Source: Gemmatales bacterium
GTDB lineage: Bacteria; Planctomycetota; Planctomycetia; Gemmatales; HRBIN36
Length of the DNA stretch: 64,000 nucleotides
Assembly (NCBI GenBank): GCA_041640595.1
Contig: JBEPZY010000007.1
Location: 117,611 to 181,610 of the forward strand
Direction of reading: 5' to 3'
A model generated the notes under the pieces. It saw only the letters and a list, made by a program, of their open reading frames with translations. It had not been told where the DNA came from and made no database searches. Below are positions 21,440 through 31,808 of this stretch, one piece after another. Made by a program: the position numbers and the translations under genes. Position 1 is the first letter of the stretch, and each line of letters starts with the position of its first letter.

Positions 21440-21645
21440 CGGGTCTGGTGTGGGGCCAGGCTCGATTACATTTTCAGGTATTTTCTGCACGTGGAGGGCC
21501 TTTCTATGCGTCGCAGAATGTCTTTGCTTTCTCGGCGAGGATTTACGCTCATTGAACTGCTGGTGGTCATTGCGATTATCGGGCTATTGATGGCCTTACT
21601 TTTACCGGCCATCCAGCGTGTTCGCGAAGCCAGTAACCGTATGCG
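21440..21645 (+). repeat. 206-bp 5' module, copy 2
   Basis: 7 mismatches versus copy 3 by manual count. Confidence 0.95.
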
Positions 21646-22561
21646 TTGCGCTAACAACCTGTCGCAAATGGCCATTGCCGCACACAATTACCACAATGAC
21701 TATAACCTGTTCCCGAGCGCTGGTGTTGGGTGGTCGAGTGCTCGCACGGTTACCAACGGGATGCCAGCACAAGCTCCGCTCCAGGCCTGGGGCTTTGGTT
21801 ACCAGTTGTTGCCTTATCTGGAGTACGGGAACCTGTTTAATCTTCCACCGCTTGCGACAGCGCCGTCGAATGAGGTAACCATTATCGCCACGCCGATCCC
21901 GGTGTACTATTGTCCCAGCCGTCGTAGGCCTTTCGTGCGCAGTAATATCGGCATCTGGGGAAACCACTTTACATGGCAGGAATCCACGACCGGTACAGTT
22001 GGGCCTCTTCCCAGTGGCGGGCAGAATGTCGCTGCCATGGACTACGTCCTCGCCATGGCGGAGCCCCGCACCGGCCAGATGATTGCCCCAACCGATCCGA
22101 GTGCTCTTACCTCGACTTATCAGCCGCCTTATGGGCAGTGGACTGCAACTGGGCTTATTGTTCGTTCTGGTTATGGGTTTAACACAAACATTTGGTGCAG
22201 CTTAGACGGCGGAGTGCCAGATGGTACTACGAACACGATTATGTTCGCGGAAAAGTTTATGCGCCCTAACGAATACACGGGCTGGGGCCAGGGCGATCAG
22301 GCAGACCACACCTGTGGCTGGGATCGCATTACTCGCCGAAATGGCAACTTTCAACCGATGCAGGATTATAACATTGCGACGTGGACAGCCTGGAACAGCC
22401 CTCCGGACGGCGCCTTTGGTTCCGCTCATCCGGGCAGCTTTAATGCTGTGATGGGCGACCGTTCCATCAGGCGTATCCGCTACAGCGTCAATGTTGGCAT
22501 TCTGACCCGGGCTTGCGTGCGAGACGACGGTCTGCAATTCTCCTTACAGAACCTGGAATAG
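21506..22561 (+). CDS. DUF1559 prepilin-type protein 2
   Basis: GFTLIELL motif, [29 protein letters not shown]. Confidence 0.93.
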   Translation: MRRRMSLLSRRGFTLIELLVVIAIIGLLMALLLPAIQRVREASNRMRCANNLSQMAIAAHNYHNDYNLFPSAGVGWSSARTVTNGMPAQAPLQAWGFGYQLLPYLEYGNLFNLPPLATAPSNEVTIIATPIPVYYCPSRRRPFVRSNIGIWGNHFTWQESTTGTVGPLPSGGQNVAAMDYVLAMAEPRTGQMIAPTDPSALTSTYQPPYGQWTATGLIVRSGYGFNTNIWCSLDGGVPDGTTNTIMFAEKFMRPNEYTGWGQGDQADHTCGWDRITRRNGNFQPMQDYNIATWTAWNSPPDGAFGSAHPGSFNAVMGDRSIRRIRYSVNVGILTRACVRDDGLQFSLQNLE

Positions 22562-22584
22562 GTTTCGGCCAGAAAAATCAGCTC

Positions 22585-22626
22585 GAGCCGACCGGTTGAA
22601 CTTATCGCCGGTCGGCTCTTTCTTTC
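22585..22626 (+). terminator. Intrinsic terminator after DUF1559 gene 2
   Basis: Perfect 11-bp stem GAGCCGACCGG/CCGGTCGGCTC followed by TTTCTTT. Confidence 0.8.
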
Positions 22627-22704
22627 CCCAAGGTAGATTCCACGCCGCCACGCTATTAGGTCCTGGAGCGGCAAGCTCTTGTGCTGATTTTCCGCTTTTT
22701 CATC

Positions 22705-22734
22705 TTGACGTCGCCTCGGGATTTTCTGTAAACT
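22705..22734 (+). promoter_or_regulatory. Putative sigma70-type promoter for DUF1559 gene 3
   Basis: TTGACG-N18-TAAACT preceded by a T-tract. Confidence 0.5.
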
Positions 22735-22861
22735 GGGTACTGTAAGGCGTCGGGTTAGTGGAGAAATCGCCTGCGCGGTGAGATAGGCTTCTATGAACAT
22801 GCCACGGCTAAACTGCTTGCCAGTGAGGTTACTTACAAGGTCTGATTGTGCGCGTCAAAAG

Positions 22862-23067
22862 CGGGTCTGGTGTGGGGCCAGGCTCGATTACATTTCCAGG
22901 TATTTTTCACACGTGGAGGGCCTTTCTATGCGTCGCAGAATGTCTTTGCTTTCTCGGCGAGGATTTACGCTCATTGAACTGCTGGTGGTCATTGCGATTA
23001 TCGGGCTGTTGATGGCCTTACTTTTACCGGCCATCCAGCGTGTCCGCGAAGCCAGCAACCGTATGCG
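22862..23067 (+). repeat. 206-bp 5' module, copy 3
   Basis: Aligns ungapped to copies 1 and 2. Confidence 0.95.
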
Positions 23068-23986
23068 TTGCGGGAATAACCTGTCGCAACTGTGTATCGC
23101 CGCTCACAATTTCCACAACGATTACAGGATTTTACCAAGCGGCGGTTACAGCTGGATCAACAACACGGGCACTGTCACCACAACGATAGACGGCGTGACT
23201 CACACATTCGCCGTCGGTGCCCGCATGTTCCGCAATGGTGTGCCAGTAGTGGCTCCGTTTCAGAATTGGGGATTCTTTTATCAGATCACGCCTTACCTGG
23301 AACTGGGAGATGTCTTCAACAGGCCGCAAGGACAGGAACATCTTATCGGCCAGACGGTGATTCCAACACTTTACTGTCCGAGCCGACGCCGACCGGCACC
23401 GGGACCAAACCGAACAGTGAACTGGCCCTCCTATGATTTGGGTACTGCTTCCGGGTCTAGCTATTCAGCCGCTTTTGCCCCGGGCAAAAATGATTACGCA
23501 CAGCCGGCGTGCAACGTTGACTTTCAGCCTCCGGGCCAGAATTTCACGTACACCAACGGAATGGGCCCATACGGGGACCGGAACCAGGCAGGTGGGCTGA
23601 TCATCCGGTCGGGCGGTAACCTGTGGAACCGCGTCGTGGACTTAGACGCAGGTGTTCCCGATGGAACGTCGAACACCGTGCTCTTGACCGAGAAATACAT
23701 GAACACCAACGAGTATTTTACCAATCCCGGCTACGACAACGAGGGTTGGGCCAACGGTTGGGATAATGATGCCGGCCCACTGTGGGCCTCCAATCAACCT
23801 ATGCAGGATACGATAATTGCCGCGCCTGCTAACCGGGTCGGCTCAGCACACCCCGGTTCCTTCAACGCCGTCATGGCCGACCGCACGGTTCGGCGCATTC
23901 GCTATACGTTCACTAACGTTCCTATGCTCATGTCGCTCATAGTCCGCGACGATGGCGGCATGATCGACTGGTCTCAAGTAGAGTAG
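22928..23986 (+). CDS. DUF1559 prepilin-type protein 3
   Basis: GFTLIELL motif, [29 protein letters not shown]. Confidence 0.93.
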   Translation: MRRRMSLLSRRGFTLIELLVVIAIIGLLMALLLPAIQRVREASNRMRCGNNLSQLCIAAHNFHNDYRILPSGGYSWINNTGTVTTTIDGVTHTFAVGARMFRNGVPVVAPFQNWGFFYQITPYLELGDVFNRPQGQEHLIGQTVIPTLYCPSRRRPAPGPNRTVNWPSYDLGTASGSSYSAAFAPGKNDYAQPACNVDFQPPGQNFTYTNGMGPYGDRNQAGGLIIRSGGNLWNRVVDLDAGVPDGTSNTVLLTEKYMNTNEYFTNPGYDNEGWANGWDNDAGPLWASNQPMQDTIIAAPANRVGSAHPGSFNAVMADRTVRRIRYTFTNVPMLMSLIVRDDGGMIDWSQVE

Positions 23987-24054
23987 GTGCGAGCTACCTG
24001 CAGGTTTTACCGCAAATTAGAACCGCGTGATTTCGGAGCACACAATTACCAGCG

Positions 24055-24098
24055 CGGCAGGGGTGCCGGGCGGCGGTATCCCTGCCGATGCTGTTTTT
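24055..24098 (+). terminator. Probable terminator after DUF1559 gene 3
   Basis: CGGCAGGGGTGCCG/CGGTATCCCTGCCG 14-bp stem with two G-U pairs, then TTTTT. Confidence 0.65.
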
Positions 24099-24395
24099 GT
24101 CTTGACGATGCCAGTTGGACTCGTTGCAGTGGAGGTCACTTGGCCAGCTTTTCCGGCCGCATTCACAAGCGGAGCAATTTGCAGGACAGGTTCACGTTGT
24201 CCGGCAGCGCTGGGCGACTTATAATTGTTCGGGCGAAAGGACACGAAAGACAGTTCGTCGGCGTAAATCCGTGAGCACATTTCTGGTCGCCGACCCGGTG
24301 TGCCCGCTAATTGTCGGGAGTCTGTGGACTGCTGACGGCTGAAACGTCGGCGCGTGCGCAACAACGCGAACAGTTTTTCGATGGAGGGCGAGGCG

Positions 24396-25907
24396 ATGAC
24401 AGCGGTTACTCACGTGCCTCTGGTAGGCAAACATTTCCTGCGTGGTCGCTGGACGGAGGGGAAAGGAGCCCGGTTCGAGAGCCGAAATCCAGCTCGCTGG
24501 TCGGAAGTGGTTGGGGTGTTCCCTCAGGCTACCGCGGACGAGGTTGAAGAAGCTATTCGTGCGGCACGCGACGCGTACCCAAGCTGGCGGCGAATGAGCC
24601 GAATTTACCGGGCCGAACTGTTCGACCGCCTGGCGCAATTGATCAAGGCGGAAACAGAATCCTTGGCAGTTCTGATGGCTCGGGAGTGCGGCAAAGTGCT
24701 GAACGAGTGCCGCGCTGAAATCGTTGAAGGGTTGCACATGGTGCAATATGTGTTCGGCACAGCCCGCATGCCGATGGGCGAGGTTCTGGCGTCGGAAATC
24801 GCCGAAAAAGATGCTTACGTTCGCCGCAAGCCTCGCGGTGTTGCCGCCATCATCACGCCGTGGAACTTTCCCTTTGCTGTGCCGTTGTGGATGCTGGGGC
24901 CGAGTTTGCTCGAAGGCAACACGGTGATTTTCAAACCCTCCGAAGACACGCCGGCCATCGGACAGGCACTGGTGGAATTATTCGAGCGTGCCGGTTTTCC
25001 GCCTGGGGTGATCAACCTGGTTCACGGTGCGGGCGAGGTCGGCGAACTGCTGGTGCGCGACCCCCGCGTGAATCTGGTGCTCTTTACCGGCAGCTACGAA
25101 GTTGGGTCGAAAATCCAGCAACTCTCCGCCGGCATCGTCGATCGCATTTGTGCCTGCGAAATGGGGTCGAAGAGTGCCGTCATTGTCTGCGAGGATGCTC
25201 GCATGGATATTGCGGTGACCGCGGGCATTCTGAGTGCCTTCAAGACCAGCGGTCAGCGCTGTGTTTCCGCCGGGCGAATCCTCGTGCATGAGAAACGGTT
25301 CGAGGAATTTGCCGACCGGTTTGTGCAACTGGCACGCCGACTGAATATCGGCGACCCGCTGGATGAACGGAATTTCACCGGCCCGGTCATCAACGAAGCG
25401 GCCGTGCGAAAAATCAGCTACTACAACCAACTGGCACGCGAAGAGGGCGGAGAAGTATTGCTCGACGGTGGCCGAATGCTCGACGAAGCCCACCGCGATG
25501 GCTGGTACATGTCGCCGTTCATTTACCGCATCCATCATCGTCCGGGTATTCGTTGCATTCGCGAGGAAGTGTTTGGCCCGCACGTGGCGCTCATTCCCTT
25601 CGCCAGCAACGAGGAAGCCGCGGCCATTTACAACGATACCGACTACGGTCTTTCGCTGGCCGTGATTACTGAGGATTATCGCGCCATGCGCTATTTCCGT
25701 GAGGAATGCGATTTCGGCATGGGTTACGTTAACCTGCCCTGCATCGGTGCGGAAGTGCATCTGCCCTTCGGTGGCGTCAAGAAAAGCGGAAATGGTCGGC
25801 CCTCCGCTGCGGGGCTTATCGAAACCGTGACCCATCGCGCGGCCTGGACGGTTAACCACGGCCTGGAAATCAAAATGGCCCAGGGACTGAAGGCTACCCT
25901 CGATTAA
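24396..25907 (+). CDS. Aldehyde dehydrogenase family protein
   Basis: ITPWNFP, FKPSE, FTGS, EMGSKS, catalytic GQRCVS, EEVFGP, PFGGVKKSG. Confidence 0.95.
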   Translation: MTAVTHVPLVGKHFLRGRWTEGKGARFESRNPARWSEVVGVFPQATADEVEEAIRAARDAYPSWRRMSRIYRAELFDRLAQLIKAETESLAVLMARECGKVLNECRAEIVEGLHMVQYVFGTARMPMGEVLASEIAEKDAYVRRKPRGVAAIITPWNFPFAVPLWMLGPSLLEGNTVIFKPSEDTPAIGQALVELFERAGFPPGVINLVHGAGEVGELLVRDPRVNLVLFTGSYEVGSKIQQLSAGIVDRICACEMGSKSAVIVCEDARMDIAVTAGILSAFKTSGQRCVSAGRILVHEKRFEEFADRFVQLARRLNIGDPLDERNFTGPVINEAAVRKISYYNQLAREEGGEVLLDGGRMLDEAHRDGWYMSPFIYRIHHRPGIRCIREEVFGPHVALIPFASNEEAAAIYNDTDYGLSLAVITEDYRAMRYFREECDFGMGYVNLPCIGAEVHLPFGGVKKSGNGRPSAAGLIETVTHRAAWTVNHGLEIKMAQGLKATLD

Positions 25908-25959
25908 TCGCTACCCTTTGTGGCGAGCGATACATCGCGGCAGCGAATCTGGTGAAACG

Positions 25960-27315
25960 ATGTGGCTATTTGACGGGGAAAAAGTACCGTGCATCCGGAT
26001 TCCACCTCCAGGGCCGAAAGCCCAGGCGCTGCTGGTACGCGACCAGCGAGTGATGTCGCCCTCGTACACACGCATCTATCCGCTGGTCGTGGAGCGTGCC
26101 AGTGGGGCCGTGGTACAGGATGTGGACGGTAACCTGTACCTGGACTTCACCGCCGGCATTGCCGTTACCAGCACCGGCCATTGCCATCCTTATGTCACCG
26201 CCGCCATCAAAGACCAGGCCGACAAATTGCTGCACATGTCCGGCACCGACTTTTATTACGAGCCGGAAATTGCTCTGGCGGAACGACTGGCGGAACTCGC
26301 TCCTGGGCCGGGACCCAAACGCGTCTTTTTCACCAATAGCGGTGCGGAATCGCTGGAAGCGGCTCTGAAACTGGCACGCTGGCATACCGGCCGGCCGCGG
26401 GCCATCGCTTTTTTAGGAGCGTTTCACGGCCGCACCTACGGTGCTATGTCGCTTTCCGGCTCGAAATTGACGCATCGCCGGGGCTTCGCGCCACTCGTAC
26501 CGGAAATCCACCATGCTCCGTTCCCCCGCGATTGTCTCGGTTGTCCGTCGGCGGGAGAGTGTCAGTGTGTGCAACAGATCGAAGAGACTCTTCTCAAGCG
26601 CATTGCTCCGCCGGACGAGGTGGCCGCGATCTTCGTCGAGCCAATCCAGGGCGAAGGTGGATATTACGTCCCGCCTGCGGGGTTTTTGCCTGCCCTGCGC
26701 GAATTGTGCGATCGCTACGGCATTTTGCTGGTGGCCGACGAAGTGCAAACGGGCATGGGGCGCACGGGGAAAATGTTCGCCGTCGAGCACTGGAATGTCG
26801 TGCCCGACATTATCTGCCTGGCCAAGGGGATCGCCAGCGGCCTGCCTCTGGGTGCGATGATCGCCCGTGCGGAGATTATGGACTGGCCGAGCGGCAGTCA
26901 TGCCTCCACGTTTGGCGGTAATCCGGTAAGCTGCCGAGCGGCACTGGCAACCATTGATCTGCTCGAAAACGGTCTGATGGACAACGCGGCGGAACGGGGC
27001 CGGCAATTGCGCGAAGGTTTGTTGCGGTTACAAAGCCGGTTTCCGCAACTGATAAGCCGGGTGCGCGGGCTTGGTTTGATGGTGGCCCACGATGTTCTGC
27101 GTGAGGGCGAACTCAGCACCGCGCTGCGCGATGAAATCGTCCAGCTGGCCTTTCGCCGCGGCTTGCTGCTGCTCGGTTGCGGTGATGCTGCCGTTCGCTT
27201 CTGCCCGCCTCTTTGCATTACTGCCGAACAGGTGCAGATCGCCCTGAACATCCTGGCGGACGTCTTCCAGGAGGTAACCACCCGCCGCCAGCTTGTTCTC
27301 GAAACCAGTCGCTGA
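25960..27315 (+). CDS. Class III aminotransferase (4-aminobutyrate/acetylornithine aminotransferase family)
   Basis: NSGAES, FHGRT, EPIQGEGG, DEVQTGMGRTG, AKGIASG, STFGGNP. Confidence 0.93.
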   Translation: MWLFDGEKVPCIRIPPPGPKAQALLVRDQRVMSPSYTRIYPLVVERASGAVVQDVDGNLYLDFTAGIAVTSTGHCHPYVTAAIKDQADKLLHMSGTDFYYEPEIALAERLAELAPGPGPKRVFFTNSGAESLEAALKLARWHTGRPRAIAFLGAFHGRTYGAMSLSGSKLTHRRGFAPLVPEIHHAPFPRDCLGCPSAGECQCVQQIEETLLKRIAPPDEVAAIFVEPIQGEGGYYVPPAGFLPALRELCDRYGILLVADEVQTGMGRTGKMFAVEHWNVVPDIICLAKGIASGLPLGAMIARAEIMDWPSGSHASTFGGNPVSCRAALATIDLLENGLMDNAAERGRQLREGLLRLQSRFPQLISRVRGLGLMVAHDVLREGELSTALRDEIVQLAFRRGLLLLGCGDAAVRFCPPLCITAEQVQIALNILADVFQEVTTRRQLVLETSR

Positions 27316-27342
27316 CGACCAATCGTCGGCGAAAACAGCAGT

Positions 27343-29916
27343 TTATACAGACGCGCTCTCTCCGGTCCGCTGCGATGGCAAAACCGGCGAACCGACGTCA
27401 GCACCGTTTTCCAGCGGCATCTGTGCATGAAGGCTGACAAGTTCCCGCCAATCTGAGCGATGTGTCAGCCGCAAGAGTAACGGCAGCAACACCAGGTTTC
27501 CGATGACCCCTCCAAGTAAAGCCAGGGCCGACAGCAACCCGAAATGGACCAGCGGGATAAACCGCGATTGCGTAAGCACACTGAAACCGAGCACCAGGGC
27601 GAAACTGGCTACCAGCAATGCCGCACCGGTGCTGCGATGCGTGCGTATCAATGCAACGGCAAAACTTTGGCCGGCCAATTGTTCCTCCCGCAGCCGATAC
27701 AGATACAGCAAGCTGCTGTCAATGGTCATGCCCATAGCCACACTGGCCAGCATCGCCGTGGCAATGTTCACCGGCAAACCAATCCAGCCCATGGTGCCGA
27801 CTACCGCCAGCACCGGTAACACGGTCGGCACCAGGGCAATCAGTGCCAGTTTCCATCGCTGAAACGCCAGGACGGCCATGAGAAACATACAAGCCAGCGA
27901 TACCAGGGTTGTATAGGCCTGGTCACGCAGGACGCTTTCGATAAGGCCAGCCAGCATCAGATAAACACCGGTTAGTTGATATTCGGCTTGCGCGCCAAGC
28001 GTTTCCTGACAGCATGCATCAATCTGGGCGAGTAATTTTCGCTTGGCCCAGGCACTAAGTCGTTCGCGGGCTTGCAGTAAGATGCGTAGCTTGCGCTCCT
28101 CCCGGTTCCAGAAACTAAACAAAACCGCGTTTTCCTGGATCTTTTGCCAGACACCAGCCGGTACAAGTGCGGCCCGCACACCGAGTTCTTTTTTCGCATT
28201 TGGCAAGTCACCAGCTAACATAAACAAACGCGCCCGCGGTGTCAGCCAGCTGGCCACGACAGGAATGTTGTCCATGAAATCATAGAAGTCGGGAATGCTG
28301 ATGGCCTTGGTGATGCCTTTCACCGTTTCGCCGCTTTCCAATGTAATTTCTATACTCGTCAGGCGGTCTTGAAGCATTTGCAACTGTCTTAGATAACTGC
28401 TCAACTCCTCGTTGCTAAGACTGAACAAATCCGGCGTTGAAAGGATTAACTCGAGCTGACCGGCACCACCGTAATAATCCTCAATGAAGCGGTAGGATTG
28501 ATAGACGCCCGTCTCAGAGCGAAAGTTGTTAGTAAAATCCGTTTGCGGCTGTAAGCGTGTCATTCCTAAGGCAAGTGTGGCCATGGGTAACAGCAAACCA
28601 CAGCCACACATCCACGGTCGGCTATCCAGCACTAATAACAGGCGGTTCAAGCTGTTTTGCATCCACGATGGGATCTGCACAGTGTAAGCCGGTTGCGATT
28701 GCCAGCCCATCGCGGTCAAGGGGAAGAAAAACAGCGTTGCCACGCCAACTAAACCAGTAGCCAATGCCATAATCATCCCAAAGTCATAAACGGGTTTAAT
28801 TTGACATACCAGCAATGCTGCGAAGCCACCCGCCGTAGTCAAAATAACCCAGAAGAGAGCCGGGCCTAAGTACCGTAACGTTTGTTGCAAGGCCAGTTGA
28901 GAATCCATACGCTGTCTCAGTTCCTTGTAGTGAAGGCCCAGATGAACTACAGAAGTGACACCTATCACAGCCACCAGCGAACTGATGGCGGAGCCTACCA
29001 TCGTCATTTCTCCGCGTACCAGGCTCCAGATGGCTTCAGACCAGGTTAGGGTGCTATAAATCACCAGGAACGGCAAAATGAGCCAGCGCGCGCTGGCCAG
29101 CACATCGCCCATTCCGCGCAGCAAGCTGACTTGACCTAGCCGATAGCGAATCCATGCCTGACGCAGCTCTGGAACCACAAAGGCACCGGTAATGACGATG
29201 GCCATCAGTAACACCGAGAAGAATTGCAAGCGCCGCCCATCCTGGGCCGTGTATTCGTAAACATCATGGATCATAAGCAGGGTGCCAGCGGTATAAGGCC
29301 CCTCCAGTTGCGGAATGTTTTCGCTTTGCATAAACTCCTGGGCAGTGCGGCGAATGGTTTCCAGTTTTTGTCCGGCTTCTTCCGGTTTACCTAACTCGCG
29401 ATGCAACTGGACAACCAGAGCCGTCGTGATCGCGTCAGGGCCTAACGTTACGCCAGCGTATAACCGCGTCTTCTCAACTTTTTCGCGCAACTTAGTCACA
29501 TCGCCATCGTGGCCAGCTCGTTTGACAGCTTCTCCTATCGTCAGCATTGGGTTGGTAGGTGCGGGGCTATTAGCCAGTGCGACCACCCGGTGTACGCCGG
29601 GACAAGTTTCCAGGCGATGGGCTAACCGTAATTGCCGGTCCATGCCTTCCGCAGTCCACAATTGAGGATCGCGATAAACCACTAACAACGTGTGCTCACT
29701 AGCGAACCACTCCCTTGATTTGCGGTAAAATTGCAAGTGCCTGTCGTGTTCCGGAAAGAAACTCTCCATGGAACGGTTATAGTAAACCGGGTGAGAGGAT
29801 AAGTACCGGTACGCGACCACTAGCAGGATTAGTCCTACTAGAAAAAGCACCAAACGCCAACGAACTAGCTGCCAGCATAACCAATTTGCCGATGGGCGAA
29901 CCGGATTTTGCAACAT
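27343..29916 (-). CDS. MMPL/RND-superfamily transporter
   Basis: Two repeats of a TM plus large extracytoplasmic loop plus five TMs; SVAMGMTIDSSL motif. Confidence 0.85.
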   Translation of the reverse strand: MLQNPVRPSANWLCWQLVRWRLVLFLVGLILLVVAYRYLSSHPVYYNRSMESFFPEHDRHLQFYRKSREWFASEHTLLVVYRDPQLWTAEGMDRQLRLAHRLETCPGVHRVVALANSPAPTNPMLTIGEAVKRAGHDGDVTKLREKVEKTRLYAGVTLGPDAITTALVVQLHRELGKPEEAGQKLETIRRTAQEFMQSENIPQLEGPYTAGTLLMIHDVYEYTAQDGRRLQFFSVLLMAIVITGAFVVPELRQAWIRYRLGQVSLLRGMGDVLASARWLILPFLVIYSTLTWSEAIWSLVRGEMTMVGSAISSLVAVIGVTSVVHLGLHYKELRQRMDSQLALQQTLRYLGPALFWVILTTAGGFAALLVCQIKPVYDFGMIMALATGLVGVATLFFFPLTAMGWQSQPAYTVQIPSWMQNSLNRLLLVLDSRPWMCGCGLLLPMATLALGMTRLQPQTDFTNNFRSETGVYQSYRFIEDYYGGAGQLELILSTPDLFSLSNEELSSYLRQLQMLQDRLTSIEITLESGETVKGITKAISIPDFYDFMDNIPVVASWLTPRARLFMLAGDLPNAKKELGVRAALVPAGVWQKIQENAVLFSFWNREERKLRILLQARERLSAWAKRKLLAQIDACCQETLGAQAEYQLTGVYLMLAGLIESVLRDQAYTTLVSLACMFLMAVLAFQRWKLALIALVPTVLPVLAVVGTMGWIGLPVNIATAMLASVAMGMTIDSSLLYLYRLREEQLAGQSFAVALIRTHRSTGAALLVASFALVLGFSVLTQSRFIPLVHFGLLSALALLGGVIGNLVLLPLLLRLTHRSDWRELVSLHAQMPLENGADVGSPVLPSQRTGESASV

Positions 29917-29945
29917 ACGGATACATAGCTCCTTGCGGAGGTGGC

Positions 29946-31145
29946 TCAGCGATCCACCTCTCCCATGACTATATCAATGCTGCCGACGATGGCGGGAACA
30001 TCCGCAATCAGGCATCCGCGACAGATTTCGTGGGTTACGCTGAGGTTGCAGAAACTGGATGAACGTGCCCGCACTCGTAGCGGTACACTTTCTTTAGTGG
30101 GCCTGCCCACGACATAAAAGCCCATCTGCCCACGCGGGCATTCGGTCTCCACGTAAGCTTCGCCAGGCGGCAAATGACGCGGCGGCTCGATGCGATGTGA
30201 TCCTTTAGCGGTTTCGTATTTCCGCAATGCCTGTTCGACGATCCGTGCACTCTGCTCCATTTCTTTCATACGGACGTAGAAACGGTGCCAGGCGTCGCCA
30301 ATAACTGCCTCGACCGGAGCGTCGTCGAAAGGCGGAATCGGTACCTCGAAGTCATACTGCTCGTAGCCGCAATACGGCTCGATCTTCCGCAAATCCCAGG
30401 GCGGGTCGCCTTTTGTGCGATTCAGCGAACCGCGCAACATCGGCCCGGTGCAGCAGTACGCGATGGCCATCTCTTTCGGCAGAACACCGATCCCAGCCGT
30501 CCGCTTGATAAAGATGCTATTGCGTGTCAGCAACGTGTGATATTCTTCCAGCCGCGGCACAAACCATTCGAGGAACTTACGGCAGCGGTCGATCCAGCCT
30601 TCGGGCAAATCGTCATGAACGCCGCCTATGGTCACGTAACTATAGGTTAGGCGTGCTCCGCAAACTTCCTCGAACAGGTCAAGGATCATCTCGCGTTCGC
30701 GGAAAGCGTAGAGGAATGGGCTGAACGTGCCCAGGTCTAAGCCATAGGCGCCGATGCCAACTAAGTGGCTGGCGATACGGTTCAGTTCGCAAACGATGAC
30801 ACGGATGACCTGGGCCTTTTCGGGAATCTTGTCGGTCAGGCCGCACAGCTTTTCCACCGCCAGCGAGTAACCGAGATTCATGTTCATCCCAGCCAGGTAA
30901 TCCATGCGATCGGTGTAAGGGATGAACTGAATGGGTGTAACGTTTTCGCCGATTTTCTCTGCACAGCGGTGTAAGTAACCTAGGTGAGGCGTAACTTCGG
31001 ATACCACTTCGCCGTCGGTACGCAGCACGAGGCGCAGAACCCCGTGGGTACTGGGATGTTGCGGCCCCATGCTGACCAGCATTTCGTCGGTACGGACGTC
31101 CATTTCGATAATTTGCTCGGACTCGCCGGCAAAAGTCGTGGACAT
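29946..31145 (-). CDS. nuoD: NADH-quinone oxidoreductase subunit D
   Basis: MGPQHPSTHGVLRL, GYLHRCAEK, DIVMGEVDR C-terminus. Confidence 0.96.
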   Translation of the reverse strand: MSTTFAGESEQIIEMDVRTDEMLVSMGPQHPSTHGVLRLVLRTDGEVVSEVTPHLGYLHRCAEKIGENVTPIQFIPYTDRMDYLAGMNMNLGYSLAVEKLCGLTDKIPEKAQVIRVIVCELNRIASHLVGIGAYGLDLGTFSPFLYAFREREMILDLFEEVCGARLTYSYVTIGGVHDDLPEGWIDRCRKFLEWFVPRLEEYHTLLTRNSIFIKRTAGIGVLPKEMAIAYCCTGPMLRGSLNRTKGDPPWDLRKIEPYCGYEQYDFEVPIPPFDDAPVEAVIGDAWHRFYVRMKEMEQSARIVEQALRKYETAKGSHRIEPPRHLPPGEAYVETECPRGQMGFYVVGRPTKESVPLRVRARSSSFCNLSVTHEICRGCLIADVPAIVGSIDIVMGEVDR

Positions 31146-31246
31146 CTAAATTCGCTCCTGTGCTTACGTCGGCGACAAGGACTTAAGTGTCCTGCCGCCC
31201 GGAATAGCTGTAGTAAGTTACCTAGGTTTTCGCGTTACGGTTTCAA

Positions 31247-31777
31247 TCAACGACCGCGGATGCCGTGATATTCGAGCGGGAAAATATAGTCCTTGCGGAG
31301 CGGATGACCTTCCCAGTCTTCCGCTAACAGGATGCGCCGCAAGTCAGGATGACCGATAAAGCGAATGCCTACCAGGTCATAAGTTTCGCGTTCATGCCAG
31401 TCGGCTGCTGGCCAGACGCTGGTTACGGATGGAACTTCCGGCAGCTGACCTTCGATATTATCCTTCCAGCGCGGCAAAATCACTTTTACCACGAACCGGT
31501 GGCGCTTGACGAAACTGGACATGTGGTAAACCACTTCCAGATGCGGCTCAAAACCGGCCTTCGCCGCCTTGGCCGGGTCGGGTTCACAGTAATCCACGCC
31601 GGTGATGCAATTGAGCATGTCAAATTGCAAGCGTGGATCGTCTCGCAAAAAACGACAGACCTCGACGATGTCGCCAGCATCTACAACTACATAGGGGTCT
31701 ATGGCATCTGGTTTTTTCTGGCGAATTCGCGGACCGAATTTTTCTTCGAGGATGGCAATGATCTCCGCACCGTGCAT
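31247..31777 (-). CDS. nuoC: NADH-quinone oxidoreductase subunit C
   Basis: WHERETYDLVGIRFIGHPDLRRILL..GHPLRKDY. Confidence 0.95.
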   Translation of the reverse strand: MHGAEIIAILEEKFGPRIRQKKPDAIDPYVVVDAGDIVEVCRFLRDDPRLQFDMLNCITGVDYCEPDPAKAAKAGFEPHLEVVYHMSSFVKRHRFVVKVILPRWKDNIEGQLPEVPSVTSVWPAADWHERETYDLVGIRFIGHPDLRRILLAEDWEGHPLRKDYIFPLEYHGIRGR

Positions 31778-31808
31778 GGGTATCTCCCAGGGAGATTGCT
31801 CACAAGTT

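Noticed and set aside
19661..22927. N-terminal extensions ([11 protein letters not shown]...) of the three DUF1559 ORFs in the ORF track
   Set aside because: A GGAGGG RBS sits directly before the MRRR ATG, which gives a normal short prepilin leader. The shared peptide reflects the DNA repeat, and a 2-nt indel between copies just upstream argues against coding constraint.
19730..23067. The three 206-bp repeats as a CRISPR array, IS ends or a shufflon
   Set aside because: They are too long, are all in direct orientation, include coding sequence, and no cas, transposase or invertase gene is present in the window.
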